A stretch of 64,000 nucleotides of DNA from Eremomyces bilateralis CBS 781.70 (lineage: Eukaryota). The notes beneath the pieces are model-generated. The model did not search any database, had not been told where the DNA came from, and saw only the letters and a list, made by a program, of their open reading frames with translations. This document shows positions 1 to 12,928 of the stretch, one piece after another. The stretch lies in the NCBI GenBank assembly GCA_010015585.1, contig ML975150.1; one strand, given 5' to 3'. Made by a program: the position numbers and the translations under genes. Numbering within the stretch: position 1 is the stretch's first letter; each line of letters starts with the position of its first letter.

Positions 1-476
1 CTTGGTCGGTTGAGGAGTGGGCTTTTGATTGTTAGTATGTATTTCCGCTGTAGGTAACAACCGGGCAGAAGGGAGAACGTCCCAATAACGATCTATACCT
101 TGAATAACACATATCGTGATACTAGAAGGTTGAAACAATCCACCCTTCTGGTCGAAGCGACGTCTCGAATGTTTCGCAACAGGACGGGCGCTCCACCTCA
201 GGCTCCTCAGCATCGGGTTAGCGGCATATCACCTGAAACGCCGCCAGCCGAGTTAGGGTCCAGCCATTCAGCGCCCGGTGCTCGGTTCCATCCAGAACAT
301 TGACGATTTGAGGCGCTGATGGCTGATTTCTTGCTGGTTTGTTTCCGATTTCTTGCCGATTCCTGATTGCTGACATGGAGGCTGGGATAATGGGACATTA
401 AAGTTTAGTTCTTACCTGGAGGTTGTGCTTGTTTACTGAGACGATGACGGGCGATCCATCCGGTTTGCATCATCAT
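1..476 (-). other. Probable spliced 5' leader of a minus-strand gene whose CDS lies left of the window (introns ~415-233 and ~98-22)
   Basis: Minus strand: CAG|GTAAGA donor at 415, CTAAC 256-252, CAG acceptor 235-233. Second donor AAG|GTATAG at 98, CTAAC 35-31, AAG acceptor ending 22. No long ORF. Confidence 0.45.
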
Positions 477-1852
477 CTCGTGTTCGCTTGAACAGCCTGA
501 TTTGATGCTGCGATACGTTATTCGGGTAGATTCGCCATCTACTATCTAGGCATCCATCTGGAAAACTGCAAATCTGGGGATCCACAGCAGCTAGAGTGGC
601 ACGGAACGGGATTACGGCAAAACTGGCGGATCTGAAACAGACAGCACGTTTTGGCGACTCTGTTGGTGGGAATGGATGGAGATCCTGTGGTGACCGGCGA
701 CGGTTGACTGGTCCATTGACTGGTCAGTGGTCACAATTGTATTTAGACCCGTTCTCCAGTTCTCCTCTCGTCTGTGTGCTAAGAATAGCCGGCGTCACCG
801 ATTTCCTGCTCATCCAAACACTGAACCGGCGACAAATGATGCCATGAAACTTTCCATTCCTGAGATACGTCGGAGTGATCTGTAGCATTTTTTTCCGTGG
901 CAAAGCATCATCTCTTCCCACCGACCAGCACTCCCGGTCTCCTTCTAGCCCTAGGAAGCTTCTGTTGACCATTGGGGCCGATTCCTTTTGGCCTGTTATT
1001 GTCTATTGACATTGCGCCGCTCCCTCCACACAAACAAATCCGGACGGTGTTCGGCTTGCTCACTTCCTCAATCACTCTTCTCCATAGCACATGCTGGCCC
1101 TCACATATATGGGATTAATTCTCGTTGACACTCTCTTCGTTTGCGAACACCTCCTTCTATCACCCTCACGACGCCACGACCGCATTGCCGCCATCAACCA
1201 TCCCTCACAACAATCGCTCCTAACCCAGCGTCATCACTGCGACACCACCGGTTGTAGCAGCAGAAACCTGCCAGCACAGCGCTACCTCTCTCTGCATCTT
1301 CTGAGGATACCCGTCACGAAAATCAACGAGCTTCGGTATATGCGGCGCAACCATTCCGCTGCCGTCCGCATTTCGTATTACCGCCTAGTCTTGAAGCCGA
1401 CGCATCTCGCTTCTAAGCACGGAGCCTCGCAGCCTGGACTGCATATTATTGTTTCAAACAAGCGACCGTGAGGCAAGAACGTAATCCAAACGTTGGATTT
1501 AGGCCCATTGTGGATTGGCGCTGCGCTTTATATACTTCGAGTGATACGGCCGCGATCGCTCACGACTCACGACTTGGCTGGGACAGGCCTGCCGACCTCT
1601 AAATATTGCCTTCTGGAGAGACGCAAATCGTGTACCTCAAACTTGGCCGACCATCGAAGCGGACATTTTACTCGGAACGTTGCGACAGCCTACATCTCAC
1701 CCGTGTTTCAGAAGGAGCTATCGCACAACCATCCACGTTGACCGTCTCCGCGCGTGTGTCTGTCACGGTCTCTCATGTTGGATAAGAGCTGGAGTGGGCG
1801 AGGGTATATTGGACTCGATTACGTGAACATTGATCTCTCCGTTCCTTGGATC

Positions 1853-3571
1853 ATGGCGGAAGTGTTGAAACCACGAACCTCCCATTCCGGGCCGGGAACG
1901 ACGACCGAAGATATCCCAATACCATCAAAGACCACCAGCTCAGAAAATGCGGCGGCCAAATCAAGCTTGAAGCCGTCAATGAGCACGACGAACCTCCCTC
2001 CGTTGCTCACCAACCCGTCTCCACCAACGCGCACACTGTCTCAGCGCTCCAACCACATCCACTCGCACAGCACCAACGTGATCTCCCCGCATCGATCTCG
2101 ACTGTCCACTCCATCCTCTAACTCCGCTCCTCCCATCCGTCCGAACTCCTTTCTCCTCAACTCGCGACCACCCTCAACGGCCCTCAACCCCCCTTCCCTC
2201 ACCACCACGGCGCGTTCATCCCGCGCCTCAACCAACCTCGCATACCCCCTGTTCCCCAGCAGCCTCCCATACGCCGCCGTCCGCGACTTCGCCTACCCTG
2301 CCTTCCACCCCCTCCACTACGGCCCCCCATCCTCCCCCACCCCCTCCTCGCCCTCAAGCCCCGAACCCCGCCGTCGCGGAAGCGACTCCGGCGTGACCGG
2401 CCGCGAAACCGACAGCGCGTACGAGCGCGAATACGCTGACGCGTACGGCTACGAATACGGGACCGACAGCGCGGGCAATGACGCGTGGGAGGAGTACCTG
2501 CGGCGGCACGCGGAGCGTGGGCAGGTGTTCCGCGACGCAGACGGCAACGTCGTGCAGCCGATCGACCCAGACCATGCGCAAGGGCTGGCGGGCGCGGACG
2601 TGGTGGCGAAGTTGCCGCAGAGCGCGTTCGACGGCATAGCGATTCGGACGGGGGCGAATGAGCTGCGGATGAAAGGCGATGGGCCGCCGTGGAGTGAGGA
2701 TGAGGACTTGCAGAGTCCCGTGGTGATACCGAAGAGTCGGGGACAGAAGAGGAAGAAGTCAAAGGGGTCGAGGAGACATGGTGAGGGGATTGCGATTGGC
2801 GATGATGTCGGGGAGGACGAGGTGGGCGTGGGTGATGGCGGCACGCTGTTGCCGCGGGCACGGTACGAGCGCGGGCGACGAAGGGCGCCGAACGATCTTG
2901 GCGACGTCGAGGCGGACGCCGATGACTCCGACGGCTCATCGAGCGAAGAATCGGAATCCGGCGAGGATGAGGACGATCCGCGCGCGCCGTTCGTATTAGG
3001 CGATCCGTTGAGCAAGGTGAATTCCATCCCTCGAGATGGCAACAACAACGATCTCGACTCCCCGTCGCGCTTCTCCCGCACTTACGCGTTTACCATTGTC
3101 GACCCCGACGAGGAAATGCACGGCAAGGCGGTCGCGCTGTACGACTTTGTTCGCGAAAACGAGAATGAACTCCCGCTAGTCGAAGGGCAGGTGATCCTCG
3201 TCAGCTACCGCCACGGGCAGGGGTGGCTGGTCGCGCAGGATCCCCGCAGTGGGGAGAGCGGACTGGTTCCCGAGGAGTATGTCCGGCTCCTGCGGGACAT
3301 TGAAGGCGGTGCAGAAGGGTTGGGACTGATGGAAGGGAAAGAAGGGGTGGATAGTGCCGAGTTCGGAGAGGAGACGGCAAAGGGGGGGGAAGAGGCCCCA
3401 GTGGGATTACTTGGTGGAAAGCAGTTGGAGGAAATCGACATGAAGACTCCGACTCAGGGGTCGTATAGTGGAGGGGCAATGGGAGAAGGAGAAGGGGGTA
3501 GTGGAAACGGGAATGGGCAGCAGGCGTATGTGAGTCGGTTTTCGACCAGCCGCGAGGACTTCAAGGGCTAG
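1853..3571 (+). CDS. NBP2: SH3-domain adaptor, Nbp2/Skb5 family (HOG pathway, Ptc1 recruiter)
   Basis: Intronless ORF from the in-frame ATG 1853. Contains the PYAAVRDFAYPAFHPLHYGP motif and a C-terminal SH3 (AVALYDFVRENENELPLVEGQVILVSYRHGQGWLVA...GLVPEEYV). Confidence 0.85.
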   Translation: MAEVLKPRTSHSGPGTTTEDIPIPSKTTSSENAAAKSSLKPSMSTTNLPPLLTNPSPPTRTLSQRSNHIHSHSTNVISPHRSRLSTPSSNSAPPIRPNSFLLNSRPPSTALNPPSLTTTARSSRASTNLAYPLFPSSLPYAAVRDFAYPAFHPLHYGPPSSPTPSSPSSPEPRRRGSDSGVTGRETDSAYEREYADAYGYEYGTDSAGNDAWEEYLRRHAERGQVFRDADGNVVQPIDPDHAQGLAGADVVAKLPQSAFDGIAIRTGANELRMKGDGPPWSEDEDLQSPVVIPKSRGQKRKKSKGSRRHGEGIAIGDDVGEDEVGVGDGGTLLPRARYERGRRRAPNDLGDVEADADDSDGSSSEESESGEDEDDPRAPFVLGDPLSKVNSIPRDGNNNDLDSPSRFSRTYAFTIVDPDEEMHGKAVALYDFVRENENELPLVEGQVILVSYRHGQGWLVAQDPRSGESGLVPEEYVRLLRDIEGGAEGLGLMEGKEGVDSAEFGEETAKGGEEAPVGLLGGKQLEEIDMKTPTQGSYSGGAMGEGEGGSGNGNGQQAYVSRFSTSREDFKG

Positions 3572-4524
3572 TCCGGATGATTTGAGGACGAGTGTTCCTT
3601 AATGGACATGCGGCGACGAGATCCATCGTTAATTGAACCGTGGGATATCAGTCCTGGTGTTTCGAGAGAGGAAGGGGCTTGCGGTGGCTACCAGGGACAG
3701 GCAATGAGATATGAGAGTATGCGGGGTAATGCCAATTGTATAGTATAGCGAAGCCATTGAACTTAGATTTACGGTGTCATTCTCCATCGCTATTCTCCAC
3801 CGGGTAATGCATGTAAGTATTCATATATGTAAGACTTGACCTTGCCTGTGTTTGTCACTGATGCTATTGTCACTCCCGGGCACTGCTGCCATTGTGCTCA
3901 CACTGCTCACGTCAGGGTTCATGGCCTTACAGCCTCAGGCCTGCAACGTCGTCATCGCGCAGCACCAGGCTGATTCGGATGTCCCACTGTCTCCCACGCT
4001 GCAAAAGCTTTGACAGCTCATCCACTGAATCAACCCATTACATTATGCATTGCTCTGAATGCCATCCCCCCTCCCTGTCCGAATCAGATTGGCCTTTGTA
4101 TGCCTGATCCCTAGAGTTGGAACGGAGGCGGAATCCGTTGACTGACCTTGACTCGTTCGCGGCCATCGCTCCGTGTTATTCGACCCATCCGCCTACTGCC
4201 GCTAAGGTAACTAAACACCAAAAGTAGCATGCATTGCGAGCGACTCCACTGAGTGCGACACGTTATTTATCACACATAAAATTCTCGCTGTGGGGTGCAA
4301 CGTGGACTGGTACGTGCAAATGAGAACCGGCTCTCTTGCGGGCCCGTGGATCTTCATCGGTGTTCCTCAACCACGAGTTCACGACCTTCCGCAAATCCAC
4401 TGAATATCGCCTGGTTCGAGGGCCATATATGGAGGTCCAGATCTAAGAGCAACACTTGGCAGAGCGGAGTGCTACTCATATTGATCCAAGACCGCTGGAA
4501 CGTTCGTCAGGCTCCAACGCAAAT

Positions 4525-6565
4525 ATGGTGCTTCGAGTTGGACATCGGAAGCACTCCGGCGCAAGCAGCCGTATGACTCCTGGAATTTATATGTTGCGTT
4601 TTTACGAAATGGAGGGCGGATAGGCTGACCATGGATCTCCGTGATCGGATTAGGCCGATCCACGTCTTCGCAAGAAGACATGAGCGACCACGAGGTCGCG
4701 CCAGACAATGATGAGACTGTCGTCGATTCGGAGCAGGGGAATGGTACGCGAAAACGTATAAGGAGTATCGACTCAAAGGTATGGCTGACCATGACTTCTA
4801 GTCCTCATGCACATTATTTCGCAACTACGACCGGGTGCCGACTTAAGCAGAGTGACGCTTCCGACATTCATATTAGAACCGAGATCTATGTTGGAGCGAA
4901 TAACGAAGTGAGCTTCGGTCATTGCATGGCAAGGGTAGGGAGCTGATGGAAGGACAGTTTCATGGCACATCCGGAAACATTGCTACCGATGACAACGATT
5001 GAAGACCCTATAGAGCGGTTCGTGTCAGTGGTGAAGTTCTACTTGAGTGGATGGCATATACGACCACCGTACGTCCCCATTCGAAGCTTACCGGCCTTCT
5101 CGATCACGGAAGCATCTTGCAATTGCTAACCAGAGTATAGAGGCGTCAAGAAACCTCTAAATCCCGTTCTCGGCGAGACCTTTACCGGCTATTGGGACTA
5201 TCCGGACGGGACTCGCGGCTACTACATCTCCGAACAGACGTCACACCATCCTCCGAAGTCGAGCTATTTCTTTATGGCGCCAGAGCACAACATCCGGATC
5301 GATGGAACATTGAAACCAAGGAGTAAGTTTTTGGGAAATTCGGCTGCCAGTATGATGGAGGGGATTGGGGTTATGCGGTTTTTGAATACTGGCGAGAAAT
5401 TGTGGGTTCCTCCACGAACGGGACATTGAAAGCGGTAGCTAATCTTCTAAAGTTACATTACCCAACCGAATATGTATGCCCGAGGCATTTTGTTCGGTAA
5501 AATGAAGTACGAACTGGGCGACCATAGCTTCGTTCGATGTCCGGAATCCGGCCTCGTGGCAGACCTTGACTTCAAGACCAAGGGGTACTTCAGTGGAACT
5601 TACGACGCAATTGGCGGAACCATCAAGGATACGAAGACAGATCGCATTCTCTTCGAGCTTAGCGGTCTGTGGAACGGAGAGATGCACATCAAAGACGTCA
5701 CGGTATGAACGTACCTTCTAGGCTGCGAGAGAAGTCACTCATAAAATACACAGACCAACAAGAAGACCCTCCTCTTCGACGCCACTAATGCCAAACATAC
5801 TCCCCCGAAGGCCCGACCTCTCACCGAGCAAGAACCGCGGGAGTCACAGAGACTATGGCATAAAACAATCCAAGCACTGATAAACAGAGATCATGAGACC
5901 GCTACAGAAGAGAAAACCCACATCGAAGACGAGCAACGGAGTGAAGCTGCCAAACGTACAGACGACGGCGTCGACTGGCACCCACGCCTGTTCCGGCCGG
6001 TTAAAGGAGGAAAGGGCGGGAGCGAAGAGGGAATGGAGGATCTGGACTGGATCATCAATGCTCAAATGTGAGTGCCTTCGCCAAACCGCCGTGAACCCGG
6101 TAGATTCATGGGGGGTGGATACCTAACTCTTTTTTCAGCGACGGCAAAACTCCCGAAGAACAAACCCACCAGATCCTGCAGATCGCCGCCATCCTCCCTG
6201 GCCAAATCAACCCGTCTCGCTTCCGCATTCCATCTCGCAGCTCCTCTATCGATGCCACCACGAGTCACCCTTCGCCAAGACAGAGTACTCATGTGACACC
6301 CCGAACAAGCATCTCTGAGAAACCGGAAGCCGACCTCATCGACTTCAACCAGCACGAAGACGACGACCGGAAACCCGAGCCGGCCGCTGGCGAAACGCGG
6401 AGGGAGACAGCCGGGATGCCGATGGGCTTGCAGGAGCCGTTGATTCCGCAGAGCGCGGCGTCCGGGGAGAAGCAGGGGGAGAAGGTGGATGAGGGCGACA
6501 AGAAACTGGTGAGGAAAGACTCACAGGATGATGCGTTCGATGAATTTGTAGATGCAGAGTCGTGA
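4525..6565 (+). CDS. Oxysterol-binding protein-related lipid transfer protein, Osh6/Osh7/OBPa type (multi-exon)
   Basis: Spliced product contains [42 protein letters not shown] and the EQTSHHPP signature. First intron 4571-4653 joins [15 protein letters not shown] to [12 protein letters not shown] in frame. The start codon is less certain than the identity. Confidence 0.88.
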
Positions 6566-7650
6566 CTGATACCTTATGTTGGTCTGCTAGGTCTAGAGCT
6601 TTCGGGTCGTATATGGTCTGCGGTCGACGATGATGTGTTGGATTGCGTTATGGCGCTTAATGGGTACGCTACTCCCTTCGGATGGTAAATCATATATCAA
6701 CGTAAGGCAGCAGTGTAACTGATATGGACAGGTGATTCGAAGAAGGGAAGTCTTGACCTGTTAATAATAGGCCTTAGATGTGATCTGCAAACCCAGGCCA
6801 AATGAGAAGGGGGGAGGTTCCGGTTCACTACTGAGCCATCGGCTGGGAAAGTCATGACTTTACTTTGGAAGAAACTGAGTAAACCTTCGGTTAAATAGCT
6901 GATGCTCCTCGTCTGGATTTCGTAATAATATGTGACTATTTACCTCTGCTTATCCGGCATCTGTACGGAGCGTGCGTTTTATCTCCGATGCTGTCTCCCC
7001 CACATCCCTGAATGTCGTCAAGCCGTAAGAGGGTATTCCGTAGTGACCCTCGACTTGATACATCCCCTCTGACATCCCCAACCCCCAAACCGACCCGAGA
7101 ATTCCTCTCCTGCGTCGTCTGCTGGGCCAGGCAGGTTCCTTCCTCTCATTTATTCAAATATTTCCGTAAACCATCCGTGATCGGCTCAATTATCCACGCC
7201 AACCCATCCGCCCAATCACCTCGAGGCGTTTGGGCCGCTCGAGTCGCCTCCGGATTTGCTTTCCTGGCTTCCGGTCGTATCCTACGTCGCCTTCGAAGGC
7301 CTATCGCTGAGTATGTGGGCTGGCGGAACGGAATTCGAAGAAGTATTCACCAGGTAAGGACCGGGACTTCTGGTATTGAACACCTCGACCTGGTTGCTCT
7401 AGGTTCGTGTTACTGATACACTTACTATAGATTCGGTGAAGCCGTCGATCGATAATACCGGTGCCTTGATAAGACAACCGTAAACTTCAGCCTCACGAGG
7501 TATTAAGCCCTTCAACTCTCAGCGGATCCATGTCCCGCATGTTTGTCCACCGTCCCTTCGAGACTGGTACTCGACCGAGCTGCGATATCCGGTAGCCCCA
7601 TCATTGCCCGTTCCGCTTAACGGACTCCTCCTCCCATATATTCCCTTACC

Positions 7651-9863
7651 ATGGATCGCCGTAGGTCGTCGAATTTCCCGCGTCCGACGAGCTCAGCAAC
7701 TCCCGATCAACCCTCCAATCCCATCAACAACCATGCCAGGAGTCACTCCGAACAAACGATCCCACAAAACTACTCAGGTCAACGTATAGGGGCGATAGGT
7801 TCGACGAGCGGACAAGATAGAGCAACCTCGGGACTGTTGAGGCCACATCTGCCACAGTCCGCAGGCCATATACCAGGCAGACCAAGCTGGATCTCAACCG
7901 ACCGCCCGCAGGTAGACGGCACACTATCTAACGGGGAAGAGCATCTGATGCTGCGGCGACGACGGGATCCTAGCGGCCATTTCCCATCCCATTCATCGAG
8001 TAGCTTCCGTAGCCTACAAACCATGCCAACCGCCGTGGAGCGAAAGAGGCGGCTCACCGCCGAGGAAGGCGGGCAGGAGCGAAGAAGTGTATTAGGCCGC
8101 CCGTTCTCCCCTGCGGGAGAGCCCCCAAGCAGACCGAATCACAGTATCCTCAGTTCCTCCCTTACACCTGGTGGGGCTCAACGACATGTGTCAAGTCGAA
8201 GCGTTCCTGCCCTTATCGACCTTACCTCCTCAAGTCCCTTGGGGCCAGCAGATCCGAGCCCCAATACCCGGTCAGATTCAAGGGAGGCTGGCGGTGGAAG
8301 TTCAGATAGCGATATTGTTCTCCCTAGCTGGCAGGATGACGCCGAGGCGCCTGAATGTCAAGTCTGCGAGACTCCGTTCAGCTTCTGGTACAGAAAACAT
8401 CATTGCAGGTATAATGAGGCTTCATATCATTATGATCGAGAGAACGTCGTGTTTTGCATGCTAACATGTTTCTAGGAAATGCGGCCGGGTAGTGTGTTCC
8501 AACTGTTCACCGCATCGCATCACCCTTCCCAGACAGTATATTGTCCAACCGCCAACTCCTACAGGGGAAGTTTCCGCCAATCCCATTGACCTCACCGGCG
8601 ACTCGCCGGCAAGGCTGAACCGTCGGAGCAATATGTTCATCAACCCCGCGCTTGGAGGCGGGGAGGAAGTCCGTGTTTGCAACCCCTGTGTACCGGATCC
8701 CAATTTGAGCCCTCCTCCGCAACCGCTTCATAACGACCATCTTCAATATTGGAGGGATTCACGCGGGTCGATACCTGGACTCAACACTTTCGCTCCCCGA
8801 ATTTCCTCGAGGGGTGAAAGCAATACAAACCCCAATGCTGGCAGTCAAGCAGCAATTCAACCACAATCCCCGGGTCACTTTCCCTTCCCTTCATTTGCCC
8901 CTCCGGGTGGTCCAAACACCAATATGAATCATACCCATGCAGGGGCAGCCACCACAGCAGACATGTTCCTCTATAACGCAGCTCGAATGTACCCAAACGC
9001 ACCTCAGGGGCAAAACCTTTCCACCCCCTCTCAACAACCCTTCCCCAACTCTGCCATCTATTCCCCTCCCCCCTACCGGCCTTTCCCAACGGGCCCTCAC
9101 CCGACAACGGCGTCGTCATTGCACTCCACCCCCCAGCCCCAGCACCAAGCTGACTCCTCCACCGACCATCAACAAGGCGTATTCGAAGCTCTACATATCC
9201 GCAACCTACTCTACGGGCCGAACCCCGACGGCCAACTCCAAGACAACCGCATCCGCGAATTCCACCGCCAACACGCCGACCGCATGCGGCAATGGCGCCA
9301 ATCCCACGATACACACGCCCCGCCTCCCCCGCCCCCCAAGAGGGTGGTGGCGGAGGAAGACGAGTGTCCCGTCTGCGGAGAGGAGCTGCCGCCAAAGAGT
9401 CCAGATGGCGGGGAGGCGCAGCGGGAGAGGCATATCGAGGAGTGCATCCAGGGGCATTTTGTTCCGGGTTCCGGCGGGGGGCCGTCGAGCGCGCCGGCCG
9501 CGACTACGGGGGGGACAGCGGGCCCCGCTGCGCAGGATGGAGGGGCTACTATGGGAGAGGCGAGCACGCCGACGCCGAGGCCACGACGGGTCACTGGGGC
9601 GCGAGGGATGCTAGTGTGGAAGGCCAGCGAGAAGGACTGCTTCGATGAAGAGGGGGAAGAGCAGGAGTGCATTATCTGCTTCGAGGAGTTCGTGCCAGGA
9701 GCAGAGTTGGGGCGGTTGGAGTGCTGGTGCAAATTCCACGCCGTAAGTCCCTGATGCTCGAAATTTTGTGGTCATGGTCCTAACGTGAATCTAGAGCTGC
9801 ATCCGCGAGTGGTGGGTGGCGAAGGGTGCCGGCACGTGCCCGACGCATCAACTTCAGGAGTAA
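7651..9863 (+). CDS. PIB1: FYVE + RING-H2 zinc-finger E3 ubiquitin ligase, Pib1-like
   Basis: WQDD..C..C..F.FWYRKHHCRKCGRVVCSNCS FYVE motif across intron 8409-8475. C-terminal CIICFEEF...LECWCKFH.SCIREWW....CPTH RING across intron 9743-9794. Stop TAA 9861-9863. Confidence 0.85.
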
Positions 9864-10303
9864 GGGGGTTGCGGCTTTTTCGGTCATGCTTCGGCATCGC
9901 AATCATTTGGATCATTCCGTAAAGGGCGTTCTACGGACGGATGGGGGGGAATCCAGCGTTTGCGGCATGGTTCGGACGACTCTCATTTCTCGTTTCGGTG
10001 GTCTTCGATTTTACCAGGCGTTCAGATGGGAAAGCATGGGGTGGATAACCGCCATGTCACTCGGTCTGGGCAATAGCTGCCCAATACAATCATTTTGAGG
10101 TCCAACATCGTGGACCTGATTCGGTGACATTAAAATCCCGTATTACATACATCCGAACTCCTTATCGCCGTCGCTATAGCGTTCCCTTGGTATCTTCGTA
10201 ATACTGGATTGCGTCAAACAGTGCTCTGGAAGGAACACCAACTCCTAAGTAGACACGATGTCCTTCATGACATTCCTCGTCCCTCTCCCTCGGTGATTTC
10301 GGA

Positions 10304-11176
10304 CTAAAACCAGGCCAACGACCACAACGCTGGGTACCTCGGCCATCTTTCCTGCCACTCCGCAATGATCTCCGGCACCCGCTCGTCGAACACTTCCCTC
10401 GCAACACCGCGTCCATCTCCCCACCCATGGATCCCCTTCTCTTCCCGCTCCTTAGTCGCCGCCTCATTCAACCTCGTCGCTAGATCCAGAATCGCCTCTC
10501 CGCCGATCAGCGCCTCCTCATGACTATCCTTGATGTCCACGTTGATGATGTGCACCGGCCGATTCAGCGGCCCGCCGCGCGCATGCAGGTCCTCCAGCAC
10601 GGAGTCCCAGCATTTCTCCTCGCATGTCACGACGATGTCTACGACGCCGGCTTCGGTACCTTTGTTGCCCAGCTCGGTCGCGTACCGCTCGCCGATGCGG
10701 GGGACGCCAACGGGCCAGTCCTGCCATCGCTCCGGGCCCCATTTGATCGACTTGTTGCGCTCCAGCATCGGGAGGAGGCCGTTCGCGCGGTACAGACGCG
10801 GGTCCTTGCTCGCTAGCTCGTCGTGGATTCGGGCGTAGGCGGTCTTGTTGAAACTGTAGATGTTGGGTTGGGTGATGGAGGGGCCCGGGAGCCGGACGAG
10901 GGAGCCGGTGCCGAAGGAGATGGTAGGGAAGAAGGGGGATAGGCGCCTGTGCGCCTCCATGCTGCGGTTGTTGTTGGACGCACATACCGTGCAGAAGATC
11001 AGGGAGTTACGGGGGTGGTCAGGTTGTGGGGGAGCGGGAGAGATGGCCTTTTCGGCGCCGGTGGGTATTGGGGAGTCGGAGGCACCGTCCAGGGAGGAGA
11101 TAACGGGCTCTGAAGGGGGTGGAGGGGGAGGTGGAGGTGGAGCTTGTGAGGAGCGTAATCGAGGATCGGTCGCCAT
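10304..11176 (-). CDS. SSU72: RNA polymerase II CTD phosphatase Ssu72
   Basis: Intronless 290-aa ORF with the [15 protein letters not shown] (CX5R) active site, [14 protein letters not shown] and [10 protein letters not shown]. Confidence 0.96.
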   Translation of the reverse strand: MATDPRLRSSQAPPPPPPPPPSEPVISSLDGASDSPIPTGAEKAISPAPPQPDHPRNSLIFCTVCASNNNRSMEAHRRLSPFFPTISFGTGSLVRLPGPSITQPNIYSFNKTAYARIHDELASKDPRLYRANGLLPMLERNKSIKWGPERWQDWPVGVPRIGERYATELGNKGTEAGVVDIVVTCEEKCWDSVLEDLHARGGPLNRPVHIINVDIKDSHEEALIGGEAILDLATRLNEAATKEREEKGIHGWGDGRGVAREVFDERVPEIIAEWQERWPRYPALWSLAWF

Positions 11177-12110
11177 GATTGTGAGGAGGAAAGAGGCGGT
11201 GAGTGTTGCGCGCGATGGCGCTCAAGGAAGGGACCTTTTGCATCAGCACTTCATTAGCGATCTGCTGGGTAGAGGGATATCTTATTTGCGAAGCGGGTGG
11301 GATAGTAACAATCAGATAAAAGCGTAATAAAACTTCTCAGCATTCCACGAGGGATATAAGACAGCTCCAATAAATGTATTCTCATCATAGGTTCCAACTC
11401 AACGGTGGTTTTGGGGATTCACATACCTTTAGGCTAGTCTTGGAGAGCTCTCTCTTGAATATTAGTCTGTGATGCGTGATGTTAATGGCGTAGTCGTGAA
11501 TCGGTGAACGTTGATTGAGTTTTCATAGATCTCGGTCACGGTCACACAGTGACACAGCTGTCGTTGGTTCGATGACCAATTGAAATGTTCCTGCTGGGCC
11601 GTATGAAAAGCAATGGTATGACTCTAAATGAAGGGAAATTTGACGGCATTAATCATAATCATAAGGTATGGCAAGTAAGCTACCGGTAGATGAATTATCA
11701 ATTCAAGATATTGAACCTGGTTGGCGTCTTGGGGCATTCGGTTTTCTAGATAAATCCCTCGCTGAGTCAGCAAACCTCGATGCCTGCCATCATCCCCCAT
11801 ACATTCATTCTCAATATTACCGTGATACCGTCCTTGTATCAATTTCATCGTGAATTTGACAAGGAACTGTACAAATGATAGCAACACATCTGACCGACTG
11901 CTTTACACCCAAGAAAACTGTAGACCAATAGCCTGATCTAGAAGAATCGGATTCTCAGTCTTTGGAGCAGGCAACACCTAGTCTCAGCTCAACCTCCATC
12001 ATTCCCCTACTTCGATCAGACAAATAATTTAGCCGTCCGATCCTGTAAGGAGATTTTTTATACTTCATTCTTCACAGTAATAAGGATCCAGCGCGCCAGT
12101 CTTTGTCAAT

Positions 12111-12822
12111 ATGGTGATCCAGACCATCTATCTCCCACATCTCCCCGCGAATCCCATCCACATCTTTCTCTTCGAGAACGTGAAAAATGCAGCGTTCCTC
12201 CGGGAGCAGCTGATGGCTGGCAATATGGAGTTCGAATATACCTTCCTCGACTCAACGATGGTACGCCTATACAATCAATTTATCTCCATCCACTGACCCG
12301 CAACCAGATCCTTTCCCTCCACCACGTGCTGGCGGCGATGTTCCGTGCCGTCAATGATCTAAAACACAACCGGATACGAACGAAGAACGTGCATTCAGAA
12401 GCGGTGTTTTGTTTAAGTCCTAATAATAATGTAAGAACCCTGGCCACGTTTTGACACTACAACGGACTGACGTATCCCAGATCGCAGAATCATTTCGGCG
12501 GTTTGGACTGTCCGGGGCGACGGAGAGCATGCTCGCCATTAAAGTTGGCGGGCTCGATCCTACGACCCCGCTAGATCAAGAAGCGGAGAAGGTCAAGAGA
12601 CATATTCTTGCGTCTGTTGACGGCTCGCCCTTGGACTCGTTGGATCGGATTGATGATTTTGCCGATCTGGATAAAATCCGGAAGGTGTACAAGCTCCAGA
12701 AAGGGAGTAAATCGAATCGGACGGGGGGGCAAAGCGCTCAGGTGAATACGGGCAATGGAGACGAGGAAAGGGAGGAGATGGAGGCGGTCATACTGGGATT
12801 GATGGCCTTAAGAGGAGCATAG
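12111..12822 (+). CDS. CGI121: EKC/KEOPS complex subunit Cgi121/TPRKB
   Basis: Exons 12111-12260, 12308-12430 and 12481-12822 give LFENVKNAAFLREQL...[29 protein letters not shown]...KIRKVYKL...ILGLMALRG. Confidence 0.9.
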
Positions 12823-12928
12823 AACTTCCATAACTGCCTAAGGACTCCCTGGCAATGTCGGAAAGTGCTGTTATGGCCATTAAAGGTATGTGTCTTCTAT
12901 GTGAGCATGGTGATCTATATTTACATAT

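Noticed and set aside
408..520. CTTACCTGG resembling the U1 snRNA 5' end
   Set aside because: No U1-70K or U1A loops and no Sm site. Better explained as the reverse complement of a CAG|GTAAG donor on the minus strand.
6563..6710. Stop-codon readthrough (TGA CTG) giving a cryptic peroxisomal signal on the ORP
   Set aside because: The extension ends ...PFGW-stop, not a PTS1-like tripeptide.
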